A DNA stretch of 62,901 nucleotides, counting the filler, from Octopus bimaculoides (taxonomy: Eukaryota): the NCBI RefSeq assembly GCF_001194135.2. It is 8 parts of 8 records of this genome, joined end to end, with 100 filler letters (N's around TTAATTAATTAA, not from the genome) between each part and the next. Parts side by side here need not be neighbours in the genome. Positions count along the whole stretch, not along the records: positions 1 to 29,249 come from NC_068994.1; positions 29,350 to 38,826 come from NC_069002.1; 6 more parts are not named here. The stretch is one strand, 5' to 3'. Of this stretch, positions 26,441 to 38,826 are shown in pieces. The position numbers and the translations under genes were made by a program. The stretch's first letter is position 1. Each line of letters starts with the position of its first letter. The notes under the pieces were generated by a model that ran no database searches, was not told where the DNA came from, and saw only the letters and a list, made by a program, of their open reading frames with translations.

Positions 26441-27428
26441 CTCTTCGCCTGTTTATCCAAATGAGAAATAACGTCCATTAATCCAAAAGAAATTGTCGTC
26501 TTTCTACTTCATAGTCACTCCTTTTTCTTTTTATCACACACATACGTTCTCCCTCTCTCTTTTTCTTTTACACATCTCTTTCTCTCTCCCCTTCTTTCTC
26601 TTTCTATCTTTCACATTTACTCGTTCTCTTCACGAAATTAATGTGCGGCGCAAGTTGTTTAATAACATCCTCAAAGTCTACCTTACACGAATTCGTTTTA
26701 TGGAAGATGAATCAAGATGTTTCTTTTCTTTCTCTTTGTTTCTTCGTTTCTTCGCATTTCTTTCGTTCGCTGAAGTATTTTCCTACTCCCTTCTGACGTA
26801 TATCTCTACCATTTCTATTTCTATTTTATTTTACAGCCATCATGTTTTAAGGTCCAAACGTACGTGTTAGCTCGCTTTCGGTTCGTGAAAATATAATTAG
26901 GTTTTCGTAGTCGAACTTTTTCATTTCCGCCATTAAGCTTCATGGCTTTGTTAACTATTTCATCATTGATGCTACTGTCACTGTGGCTGTAACATCTATT
27001 GTTGCTGCAGTTTAGCCCTAGATTATACCGGACCGTGCACACATATAATCACAGACATTTCAGTCATGACCACCCCATCTTATTTTTGTTCAGGTGCATA
27101 TCTGATGTGTCTTTTGTTTTTACAAGACGGTAAGATGTTATCATGTAATGTTATCTTGTGATGTTATCCTGTGGTGATAACTCCTTGTCGTTTTGGTAAA
27201 TTGTGATAAAACCGTATATATATATATAAACGGGCTTCTTTCAATTTCCGTCTACCAAATCAACTCACAAGGCTTTCGTCGGCCCGAAGGTATAGAAGAC
27301 ACTTGCCCAGGGTGCCTTACAGTAGGACTGAACCCCGAACCATGTATTTGGGAAGCGAACTTCTGATTATTCAAATTTATGCTGTTGAGTACAAATTTTG
27401 CCAAAGTCAACTTCGTCTTTCATCCTTT

Positions 27429-27555
27429 CCAGGTCGATGAAATAAAGTACTAATCCAGGTCGATGAAATAAAGTACTAATCCAGGTCGTTGAAATAAAGT
27501 ACTAATCCAGGTCGATGAAATAAAGTACTAATCCAGGTCGTTGAAATAAAGTACT
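27429..27555. repeat. 26-bp minisatellite CCAGGTCG(A/T)TGAAATAAAGTACTAAT, at least 5 units, running into a gap
   Basis: Units start at 27429, 27455, 27481, 27507 and 27533. Confidence 0.95.
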
Positions 27556-28443
27556 NNNNNNNNNNNNNNNNNNNNNNNNNNNNNNNNNNNNNNNNNNNNN
27601 NNNNNNNNNNNNNNNNNNNNNNNNNNNNNNNNNNNNNNNNNNNNNNNNNNNNNNNNNNNNNNNNNNNNNNNNNNNNNNNNNNNNNNNNNNNNNNNNNNNN
27701 NNNNNNNNNNNNNNNNNNNNNNNNNNNNNNNNNNNNNNNNNNNNNNNNNNNNNNNNNNNNNNNNNNNNNNNNNNNNNNNNNNNNNNNNNNNNNNNNNNNN
27801 NNNNNNNNNNNNNNNNNNNNNNNNNNNNNNNNNNNNNNNNNNNNNNNNNNNNNNNNNNNNNNNNNNNNNNNNNNNNNNNNNNNNNNNNNNNNNNNNNNNN
27901 NNNNNNNNNNNNNNNNNNNNNNNNNNNNNNNNNNNNNNNNNNNNNNNNNNNNNNNNNNNNNNNNNNNNNNNNNNNNNNNNNNNNNNNNNNNNNNNNNNNN
28001 NNNNNNNNNNNNNNNNNNNNNNNNNNNNNNNNNNNNNNNNNNNNNNNNNNNNNNNNNNNNNNNNNNNNNNNNNNNNNNNNNNNNNNNNNNNNNNNNNNNN
28101 NNNNNNNNNNNNNNNNNNNNNNNNNNNNNNNNNNNNNNNNNNNNNNNNNNNNNNNNNNNNNNNNNNNNNNNNNNNNNNNNNNNNNNNNNNNNNNNNNNNN
28201 NNNNNNNNNNNNNNNNNNNNNNNNNNNNNNNNNNNNNNNNNNNNNNNNNNNNNNNNNNNNNNNNNNNNNNNNNNNNNNNNNNNNNNNNNNNNNNNNNNNN
28301 NNNNNNNNNNNAGAAACTAAAGACTTTTGTTCTTCATTGGAACCATAACCAACACAAAACAAAACAAATATAACGTTATTAGAGAAAACAAATATAACAA
28401 TTCACCGTAATTAAACAGTATTATTATTATTATTATTATTATT

Positions 28444-28476
<33 letters not shown>

Positions 28477-28492
28477 CTTCTTCTTCTTCTTC

Positions 28493-28523
<31 letters not shown>

Positions 28524-29249
28524 TGTTGTTGTTGTTGTTTTTATTGCTATTAACGGGGTGAGCAGGCAGAAGCGTAAGGTGCATCGGACAAAATGCTTAA
28601 CAGTATTTCGCCCGTCTTTTCGTTCCGAGTTCAAATTTCGCCGAGATTGACTTTGTTTTTTTTTTGTTGTTGTTTTTTTATGCTTTCCTGGTTGTTAAAA
28701 CAAGTACCAGTTAAGTATTGGGCCGATGTAATCGACTATCCCCTCCCCTCAAATTTCAGGTCTTGTGCCTATACGAGAAAGGAATGGTTCTTCTTGTATT
28801 AGTTGTCTGGTTCATTTGTTTTTCCCTTTCTTCTCTAACTGCCACAAGCGTTCTTTCCTCATTTTTGATTAGATTTTTCAGCAAGCTCTCCCGTGTTCGA
28901 TACGTACTTACTCCTCTTTTACTCTTTTATTTGTTTCAGTCATTTGACTGCGGCCATGCTGGAGCACCGCCTTTAGTCGAGCAAATCGACCTCAGGACTT
29001 ATCTTCAGGCGGAGTTACCTCAATCGTTCCTATAATTTCAGATTTAAATAAATTTTAATGATTATAAGGGTATCTATTTACTTCTTTCGTGTCTGTGTAC
29101 ATTAAAATTTGGTATCCGAGGTAAGAGGTGATGGCTCGTGTCGACAGTAGTTGTTTGATAACAAGGTATATGCCGTGTGGAGAATAAGAGTCTCACGTTT
29201 CGGGAAAGGTTCTTTTGACTGAGAAGATGAAGACAAAAAAGAGGTAGAA

Positions 29250-29349
29250 NNNNNNNNNNNNNNNNNNNNNNNNNNNNNNNNNNNNNNNNNNNNTTAATTA
29301 ATTAANNNNNNNNNNNNNNNNNNNNNNNNNNNNNNNNNNNNNNNNNNNN
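29250..29349. other. Artificial scaffold join N44-TTAATTAATTAA-N44 (also centred at 38871, 44221, 49104, 53142, 59328, 61404)
   Basis: The same palindromic 12-mer, giving stops in all six frames, recurs seven times inside 100-nt joins. Confidence 0.97.
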
Positions 29350-29381
<32 letters not shown>

Positions 29382-30077
29382 TAAATATTTTTATGAGACT
29401 TCACTAATAAATAGACAAATGTTGAAAAAAAATGCGGTGATTTTAACTGACATCATTCACTTATTAAAGATTCATAATGAGAATGAATAAATAGAATTGA
29501 ATATTAAATGTTCATGGAATTTTGATTTACTGTCGGCTGGCCTTTGTCCAACACTGTATATATAACGGTAATTGTTTATGAGATTTGGTTAAGTTGACTG
29601 TAGTTTGATGTAGCTGCATGTTGCTTATGCATTAACTGGTCATTAACTGTGCGCCTAGAGTGATCGTAGATAAACTAAAGACAGCAAGAACCAGGTAAAT
29701 TTAATGATAATGTTCTTTATTGGTACCGTTATAATAATACTTGGGAAATGTCTTACACATTGAGAAGAAACTGGTTTGTTAATGCATGGATTGGTTCTTT
29801 GTGCTGGACAGATTTGCTCTGCCTGATGGTCAGAGTCGACAACGGGAAGACGTACGCTTGGCTTGTGATCTCGTCTCTCTCTCTCTCTGTTCTGTAGCGT
29901 GAGGGACCATTCGTTATATAACGGTTGGTAGGCAGGAAGAGAATTTTTCTGCGTTGGGATGAATATTGTTGCTGAAACATCGATTGGATAGTTAAACCCA
30001 TCCAGTCTTTGGAACGGATTTAGTCCAAACCTAATCGCGTGATCAAATGCTGATAATGTTGAAATGACACCCATTTG

Positions 30078-30130
<53 letters not shown>

Positions 30131-30528
30131 AATAGGGATAAAAATCCAAATTTACAGGTAAAAACAAGTTTCACATTATAAAATATATACTTATTAATTT
30201 TTCTATATGTGACAGTGGATTTTCATCGATGAGTTCATGAACCTTGGTTCTTTTCCATATATATACACGTATGTATGTATGTATGTATGTATGTATGTAT
30301 GTATGTATGTATGTATGTATGTATGTATGTATGTATGTATGTATGTGCGTGTGTTAGTGTATGTGTGTTTGTCCTCCGCATGGCAACTTGTGTCGATGTG
30401 TTCGGTTGGTATCATGTAGTTGGGAAGCAAGCTTCTTACCACAAAACCACGACATGGTCGAAACGATCGTTGTGAGCAATAAAGTTTCTCGTATATTCCA
30501 TTTTTCGTCTCTATCATTTGTGATATAT

Positions 30529-30559
<31 letters not shown>

Positions 30560-31498
30560 CGTGTGTGTGTGTATCTTTCTATCTATCTATATGATATGGT
30601 GAAAACATTACAATATATGTTACATGAAATAAAGCTTCGAGATTTGGTTCAACATAGTGTTAGCAGAAAAGTACTTAAATGGTTCACTTCGAATATCATG
30701 ATATCACGCAGTCATCAAGAACATTCGAGATTTGTTTTAAAAATATCGCAGTAATGCAAATCTCGCTTGAAATAAAACCGCAATGCTGTTTAACAAGAGA
30801 TTTGATTGATTATTTTAGCAGTGGTTATTAATTTTCTTTGTAAAGTGCAATTACTGTAATCCAACAAAAGAAAATTGATATCTAAACGAAATGAAAGAGT
30901 TATTGTAAGCCATTTTTTTTCTAGAGAAACCAAGTATTAGATTCCTTTTGACAAAGTATATATGTTTCAGAGAAAGTGAGCTGTTCTATTGTGATGTTCG
31001 TGACATTCTGAGCAATGTTTAAATAGATTTCAATTGGCGATTGAGAACGCCTCTAGGAGCTGACATTTTATTCAACTGGGTTCGCTTGTTTAGTGTTGTC
31101 GTTATAATTATCTTCAACATCACAATGGCGACAAGACGTCAGAGTTGTTACTACACAGATAAAATGTTTAGTGGCATTTTTTTGGCTTTACGCACTGAGT
31201 TCAAATTCCGACGAGGTCGACTTTGCCTTTTATCAAATCGGAATTCATAAAATAAGTACCATTTGAGCATTTAGGTCGATGTAATCGTTTAATTCCAACC
31301 CCCAAATACTAGAGTATCGGAAAAACTGCTTTGTGGCATTTCTTTCGGCTCTTGGTGTTCTGATTTCAAATGGTATTGAGGTTGATTTTGCATTTCATAT
31401 TGGGTCCAATAAAATGAAGTATCAGTCATGTACTAAAACCGAAGCAAATGAAATTGCTGATTGGTACAGTATCAGCGCATTTGTTGTTGTTGTTGTTG

Positions 31499-31578
<80 letters not shown>

Positions 31579-31786
31579 TTATGTTTGACTTTTGCTTTGC
31601 ATTTGTACAAGTTGGATCCAAGTCTCACCCAGAGACCTCAAGAGACAACAAGTTAGAAGTTCATGTAGGTGTTATGCCTAGGGTACCATATATTTGGATT
31701 TGTACATAGTGTTGTTCTAGAGAATGTTTAAGAAGCCATAAGAAAATTATGTGTTTGTTTTAAAATTTGAGATCGCATAGACAGTA

Positions 31787-31829
<43 letters not shown>

Positions 31830-32351
31830 GAGCAAGACAGCAACGCATGCCATCAAAGTGACACTGGGGTAAAATATACGAAGCTCAGTATACCCATCAT
31901 GACTGCACGTCTGATAAGGATACACCAAGCACATGCATCACAACCATATGTCGTAATAATGATGACCAAATTTTTTCAACCACAAGAGTTACATGGAACT
32001 TACAAAAGGATAGTTTTATATTTCTCAGACCGTGTGAAACAACGGTTCATTAACAGTCTGAAGACAAACATGGACGTGTTTTGACAAACTTATGAAAAAG
32101 CGATTTGCACAGGTAAATAATTAATAAATACAGTATTTCTATAAATAGTAACAGTTACTAGTCTCCATGGTTAAACCGTAGACGAACTTAAAATCGTATC
32201 CTAGTTTAGCTAACACTCTCTTTTGCGCCATCTCATATATACATGCACATACATACGCAGATTTTGCTAACCCATCACACACACACTCAACACCACCACT
32301 AGCACACACACACACACACACACAAATACAAACTCACAACAAATACACACA

Positions 32352-32384
<33 letters not shown>

Positions 32385-33416
32385 NNNNNNNNNNNNNNNN
32401 NNNNNNNNNNNNNNNNNNNNNNNNNNNNNNNNNNNNNNNNNNNNNNNNNNNNNNNNNNNNNNNNNNNNNNNNNNNNNNNNNNNNNNNNNNNNNNNNNNNN
32501 NNNNNNNNNNNNNNNNNNNNNNNNNNNNNNNNNNNNNNNNNNNNNNNNNNNNNNNNNNNNNNNNNNNNACGAGTTTTCGACGCCTCGAGGCTAAAGCAGG
32601 AGATACTCACCAAAAGTGCCGCGCAGTGGAACTGAACCCGGACACATGTTGTTGGGAGGCAAACCATTTACCACACTGCCATGCCTGCACCTGTCTCCCG
32701 CCAACCAACAATATTTCTAAGCATTTTTTAAGGCAGAAGCTGGCAGAAACGATAGCACACAAGGCGAAATGCTTAGCGGTATTTCGTCTGTCTTTATGCT
32801 CTGAGTTCAAATTCCGCCAAGGTCGACTTTGCTTTTCATCCTTTCGGAGCCGATAAATTAAGTACTAGTTGCCTATTGGGGTCGATCTAATCGAGTGGCC
32901 CTCTCCCCCAAAAATTCTGCGCCTTGTACCTAGAGTAGAAAAGAATATACCTAAGCATCTTCTTTTTTTTAAAAAAAACTGCCAACTGGGAGAAACGTTA
33001 GCACGCGGGTGTAAAGCTTAGCGGTGTTTCGTCTGACTTTACGTTCAGAGTTCCAATTCCACCGAGGTTGACTTTGCCTTTCATAGTAAAATGAAATGAG
33101 TTTTGCCACGACTCTCAGCGTTAAAAGAACAGATTCAAGTCATCTATTGATGAAGGCGTAATGATGGTGATATTTCCGTGTCGTCTGATTTATTTGTCAT
33201 CGATTTTACTTCTGAAACAATCTCACTCTTCGTGTTTTATAGCAAATTGATAATCTAAAATGCCAGAAATTCGTAAAGTTCATGTCGCCACTACTATTGT
33301 CGGGACAATATACTTGACTCAAGATTGGCAAAGAGAGAGATAAAATATTACATGGTAATACATGCTATAAGATAGATATATGCATATACATCTGTATATA
33401 TGTATGCACATATGTG

Positions 33417-33456
<40 letters not shown>

Positions 33457-33488
33457 TATACATGCATGTACATATATTTAGTTGTATG

Positions 33489-33519
<31 letters not shown>

Positions 33520-34621
33520 TTATATATATANNNNNNNNNNNNNNNNNNNNNNNNNNNNNNNNNNNNNNNNNNNNNNNNNNNNNNNNNNNNNNNNNNNNNN
33601 NNNNNNNNNNNNNNNNNNNNNNNNNNNNNNNNNNNNNNNNNNNNNNNNNNNNNNNNNNNNNNNNNNNNNNNNNNNNNNNNNNNNNNNNNNNNNNNNNNNN
33701 NNNNNNNNNNNNNNNNNNNNNNNNNNNNNNNNNNNNNNNNNNNNNNNNNNNNNNNNNNNNNNNNNNNNNNNNNNNNNNNNNNNNNNNNNNNNNNNNNNNN
33801 NNNNNNNNNNNNNNNNNNNNNNNNNNNNNNNNNNNNNNNNNNNNNNNNNNNNNNNNNNNNNNNNNNNNNNNNNNNNNNNNNNNNNNNNNNNNNNNNNNNN
33901 NNNNNNNNNNNNNNNNNNNNNNNNNNNNNNNNNNNNNNNNNNNNNNNNNNNNNNNNNNNNNNNNNNNNNNNNNNNNNNNNNNNNNNNNNNNNNNNNNNNN
34001 NNNNNNNNNNNNNNNNNNNNNNNNNNNNNNNNNNNNNNNNNNNNNNNNNNNNNNNNNNNNNNNNNNNNNNNNNNNNNNNNNNNNNNNNNNNNNNNNNNNN
34101 NNNNNNNNNNNNNNNNNNNNNNNNNNNNNNNNNNNNNNNNNNNNNNNNNNNNNNNNNNNNNNNNNNNNNNNNNNNNNNNNNNNNNNNNNNNNNNNNNNNN
34201 NNNNNNNNNNNNNNNNNNNNNNNNNNNNNNNNNNNNNNNNNNNNNNNNNNNNNNNNNNNNNNNNNNNNNNNNNNNNNNNNNNNNNNNNNNNNNNNNNNNN
34301 NNNNNNNNNNNNNNNNNNNNNNNNNNNNNNNNNNNNNNNNNNNNNNNNNNNNNNNNNNNNNNNNNNNNNNNNNNNNNNNNTATATATATATATTAGTTCT
34401 AAAGTACATAAGATATATTTTGCATATATATATTTGAAGTAGTACAAACATTACCTGATATAGAGGAGAATACGTCTTTATGTATGTATGTCATTGTTCA
34501 GTATTATTTCAAGATTTCTTGACGATAGAGAAAGAACCGGTTTCTAACCTAGATCCAAGGCTCCTTCAATGGAATTTCAACATGAACAACAGGGTGTTTT
34601 TGCATGTATGTATGTATGTAT

Positions 34622-34805
34622 GTGGAGGCGCAATGGCCCAGTGGTTAAGGCAGCGGACTCGTGGTCATAGGATCGCAGTTTCGATTCCCAGACCGGGCGT
34701 TGTGAGTGTTTATTGAGCGAAAACACCGAATTTCACGAGCAAGCTGTTCTGTTGATCGGATCAACTGGAAATCTCGACGTCGTAAGCGACGGAGTGCCAA
34801 CAACT
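34622..34805 (+). mobile_element. SINE with family-C head and a different 3' part
   Basis: Head near-identical to 55732-55835; diverges after GAGCGAAAACACC. Confidence 0.7.
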
Positions 34806-34820
34806 ATGTATGTATGTATG

Positions 34821-34853
<33 letters not shown>

Positions 34854-34994
34854 GCAGATTTGTATGTTTTATGTATGTATTCTCATGCATATAGTTGCAT
34901 ATCTAGACATGCTCATATATATTTAAATGATAAACTTCTGGAAAGTTTTACAGATTTTTACAGTTCCAGTGATGGATTGGATCTATAGTCTTTG

Positions 34995-35210
34995 TATTAG
35001 CTTTCTTCTTTCTGGTTTTGAGAGGCCTAATATCTGATCGCATAATCCCAAACTGTTTTTTTTCATTCTCTCTCTCTGTTTATATTCTCTTATTCCTTTC
35101 TCCTGAAGAGCGTAGGCTCGAAACGTAAAAGACTTTCTCACTTTCCCGACCGTCAAAGTAATACACTTACATCTGTTTTCGTCTCTTGCTTTTCTGTAAA
35201 TTTCAAATAT
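34995..35210 (+). mobile_element. (TA)n-associated repeat carrying a hammerhead-like core (copy 1)
   Basis: CTGAAGAG-CGTAGG-CTCGAAACGTA at 35103-35127. Homologous copies lie at 35890-36090 (-), 49985-50160 (-) and 59015-59283 (-). Confidence 0.65.
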
Positions 35211-35830
35211 ATATATATATATATATATANNNNNNNNNNNNNNNNNNNNNNNNNNNNNNNNNNNNNNNNNNNNNNNNNNNNNNNNNNNNNNNNNNNNNNN
35301 NNNNNNNNNNNNNNNNNNNNNNNNNNNNNNNNNNNNNNNNNNNNNNNNNNNNNNNNNNNNNNNNNNNNNNNNNNNNNNNNNNNNNNNNNNNNNNNNNNNN
35401 NNNNNNNNNNNNNNNNNNNNNNNNNNNNNNNNNNNNNNNNNNNNNNNNNNNNNNNNNNNNNNNNNNNNNNNNNNNNNNNNNNNNNNNNNNNNNNNNNNNN
35501 NNNNNNNNNNNNNNNNNNNNNNNNNNNNNNNNNNNNNNNNNNNNNNNNNNNNNNNNNNNNNNNNNNNNNNNNNNNNNNNNNNNNNNNNNNNNNNNNNNNN
35601 NNNNNNNNNNNNNNNNNNNNNNNNNNNNNNNNNNNNNNNNNNNNNNNNNNNNNNNNNNNNNNNNNNNNNNNNNNNNNNNNNNNNNNNNNNNNNNNNNNNN
35701 NNNNNNNNNNNNNNNNNNNNNNNNNNNNNNNNNNNNNNNNNNNNNNNNNNNNNNNNNNNNNNNNNNNNNNNNNNNNNNNNNNNNNNNNNNNNNNNNNNNN
35801 NNNNNNNNNNNNNNNNNNNNNNNNNNNNNN

Positions 35831-35889
<59 letters not shown>

Positions 35890-35890
<1 letters not shown>

Positions 35891-36090
35891 GTGAGAATTT
35901 ACAAAAAGAAAATCCGAAGACTGGTGTGTAAACAACAAACAGATATATTAGTTTAACGTTCGGGAAGTGAGAAAGTCTGTCACGTTTCGAGCCTACGCTC
36001 TTCGACAGAAAGAAACAGAGAAATAGACATGGAGAGAAAATAGAAAAAGGTTTAGTGGCTAGCAATCTATTATGGCGAATGCCGGACAGA
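35890..36090 (-). mobile_element. Same repeat family (copy 2)
   Basis: Reverse complement of 35981-36006 reads GTCGAAGAGCGTAGGCTCGAAACGTG; downstream sequence is shared with copy 1. Confidence 0.65.
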
Positions 36091-36920
36091 GGGGTCCAGG
36101 ATTGATAGATAGATAGATAAAGATTAGAGAGCAACAGATGCGTACGTGCTTGATAAAAAGATAGAATTATATATAGAAATGTAAATAAATAAATAAATAT
36201 ATTATAGCTATATATACTGATGAGACGGACGAAGTATATTTAGCAAAATTGACAGAAGAGAAAAATATATTTATTCAATATTTGGTTTTAGCCCATACTT
36301 ATCCTGAACTGAAACATTGAAAATGGAATGCCAGCAGTAAACAACACGAAAATCGCCATCACTTGCGCGGAGACTCACTGAGTTTCAAGCGGCGAGATAC
36401 AAGTCAAACAATCAGCAGACGATGTTTCTTTAGCAGCCGACATACACACCTAATGAGCATAACCTTTTAAAGTGATCAATTTTGTCACAGGACGATACGG
36501 AACAGCGTTAGCAATCTCATTCACTATATTTTTATATTTACTTTCAATTTCATTAACACCATTGTTATTATTTTAAGAGAACTTCACAATGGCGCAAGGA
36601 TGGCTGCGTGGCTAAGATAACTTCTTTCGTGATTGGGCGGTTTTGGGTTCACGGCACGGTGCGGATCGGTACGGCTCTCTGGGTTAGAGTTTTTCGTCTA
36701 TGGCTATCGGCTCGACTAATGCATTTTGGATGATTTTGATTGACAGAAACTGAGGGAAACACCAGAACTTTAGTTATCAACTGTTAAATGATAGAAGGCA
36801 AAAATGACATCGTCAGGATTTGAACTCACAACGTAGAGAGCAGGATTGATTAAACACAAACAATCTATTCGTAGTTTAAATGACTCTGCCAACTAGTTAC
36901 TATATATGCATACATGCACA

Positions 36921-36967
<47 letters not shown>

Positions 36968-38110
36968 NNNNNNNNNNNNNNNNNNNNNNNNNNNNNNNNN
37001 NNNNNNNNNNNNNNNNNNNNNNNNNNNNNNNNNNNNNNNNNNNNNNNNNNNNNNNNNNNNNNNNNNNNNNNNNNNNNNNNNNNNNNNNNNNNNNNNNNNN
37101 NNNNNNNNNNNNNNNNNNNNNNNNNNNNNNNNNNNNNNNNNNNNNNNNNNNNNNNNNNNNNNNNNNNNNNNNNNNNNNNNNNNNNNNNNNNNNNNNNNNN
37201 NNNNNNNNNNNNNNNNNNNNNNNNNNNNNNNNNNNNNNNNNNNNNNNNNNNNNNNNNNNNNNNNNNNNNNNNNNNNNNNNNNNNNNNNNNNNNNNNNNNN
37301 NNNNNNNNNNNNNNNNNNNNNNNNNNNNNNNNNNNNNNNNNNNNNNNNNNNNNNNNNNNNNNNNNNNNNNNNNNNNNNNNNNNNNNNNNNNNNNNNNNNN
37401 NNNNNNNNNNNNNNNNNNNNNNNNNNNNNNNNNNNNNNNNNNNNNNNNNNNNNNNNNNNNNNNNNNNNNNNNNNNNNNNNNNNNNNNNNNNNNNNNNNNN
37501 NNNNNNNNNNNNNNNNNNNNNNNNNNNNNNNNNNNNNNNATGTGTGTGGGGGGTGTGTAATGTATGTAAGTATGTATGTATGTATGTATGTACGTATGTA
37601 TATGAGTTTCTATGCTCTTTTATCTGTGGCTGTATATATATACTCTTTTCTCTTTGATCGTTTAATTGGTTTTGCTACTGGACTGTGGTCATGCCGGGGC
37701 ATCACCTTGACAGGTTCAGTCGAAGAAATCGACTTCAGTACTTAAGTTTTTTTAAAGTCTGGTACATATTGTGTCGGGCCGTCTAGTCGAACCGCTAACT
37801 TACGAAGATCTAAGTAAAGCAACGGCGGTTCTCAAGCGGTGGTGGTGAGGACAAACAGAAACACAATGATACACACACAGACGTACACACACACATACAC
37901 ATACACACATACATATGTATATACGACGGGCTTCTCTCAGTTTCCGTTAACAAAATTCAGTCCCATGGCATCAGTTAGCCTGGGGATATAGTGGAAAGTG
38001 CCGTGCAGTGAGATTAAATTCGAAACCACGTAGTTGCAAAAGATCTAAATATACCTGGGAATAACACCATCAATGTGTAACTATATTAAGATGAATATTC
38101 GTTGTGTGTA

Positions 38111-38650
38111 TACAAGGTGTTCCAAAAGTCACTGATGGGTTTCAAGTTTTAATAACATCCTTAACATAAATGCATGGAATTTTGATACAATATAAAAATA
38201 AAAGAAACATAATGGAAATTAATATGCACAGGTCAAATTTTGCACCACCACTACATCCCACATGAATAATGACATCGCTTTAAATAACAGCCATTTTCGG
38301 CTTCGCACGCCCGTCCTCTTTTCAAAACTTGCACCATAACACCCTCAAGAGTTTCAGACCCCCACTTTTCTGATTTCTGTATCAATGTTCTCCTTTAGTT
38401 ATACCAGTGTTTCCGGTTTGTTGACGTGAACCCTCTCTTTCAGGTATCCTCACAAGAAAGAACCCGGGCTAGTCAAGTCTGGGGAACGTTAAGGATAGTT
38501 GACATTGCCATAGTGGGATGTTATTCTCTCTCCGAAGCACTGCCGTAGAGACTGCATTCTTTCTCTTGCGGTATGAGCAGTTGCCTCATCTTGCTGGAAC
38601 CATGTGTGAGGTCTACTTTGAAGGGAAGATTTGGTGGCTTATTGGAACTT
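38111..38650 (-). mobile_element. Tc1/mariner-superfamily transposon 3' remnant with one TIR
   Basis: Minus-strand FQQDEATAHTARE...P*RSPDLT.P..FL*GYLKERV.VNKPETL..LKENI..EI (decayed FQQDGATAH / WPPRSPDLTP.DFFLWGYLK). TA-CAAGGTGTTCCAAAAGTC terminus at 38111. Confidence 0.85.
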
Positions 38651-38779
38651 GGGGTCTAGTATGATCAATGTTCTTTGTGTGTCCATAGTTTGCATTGAAT
38701 ACACCCATCCAATCCACACACACACACGCAAAGGCAAACACATACACACCCTCTCACATACACACACACACAGACACAC

Positions 38780-38826
<47 letters not shown>

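Noticed and set aside
29655-30074. 139-aa minus-strand ORF
   Set aside because: No recognisable motifs, contains a (GA)n-derived ERERER run, and has no supporting gene structure.
36217-36237. CTGATGAGACGGACGAAGTAT, hammerhead-like
   Set aside because: GAAG replaces GAAA, there is no convincing helix I or III, and it is a single occurrence.
36379-36449. 71-nt minus-strand candidate exon (VCMSAAKETSSADCLTCISPLET)
   Set aside because: Weak acceptor, no partner exon and no recognisable homology.
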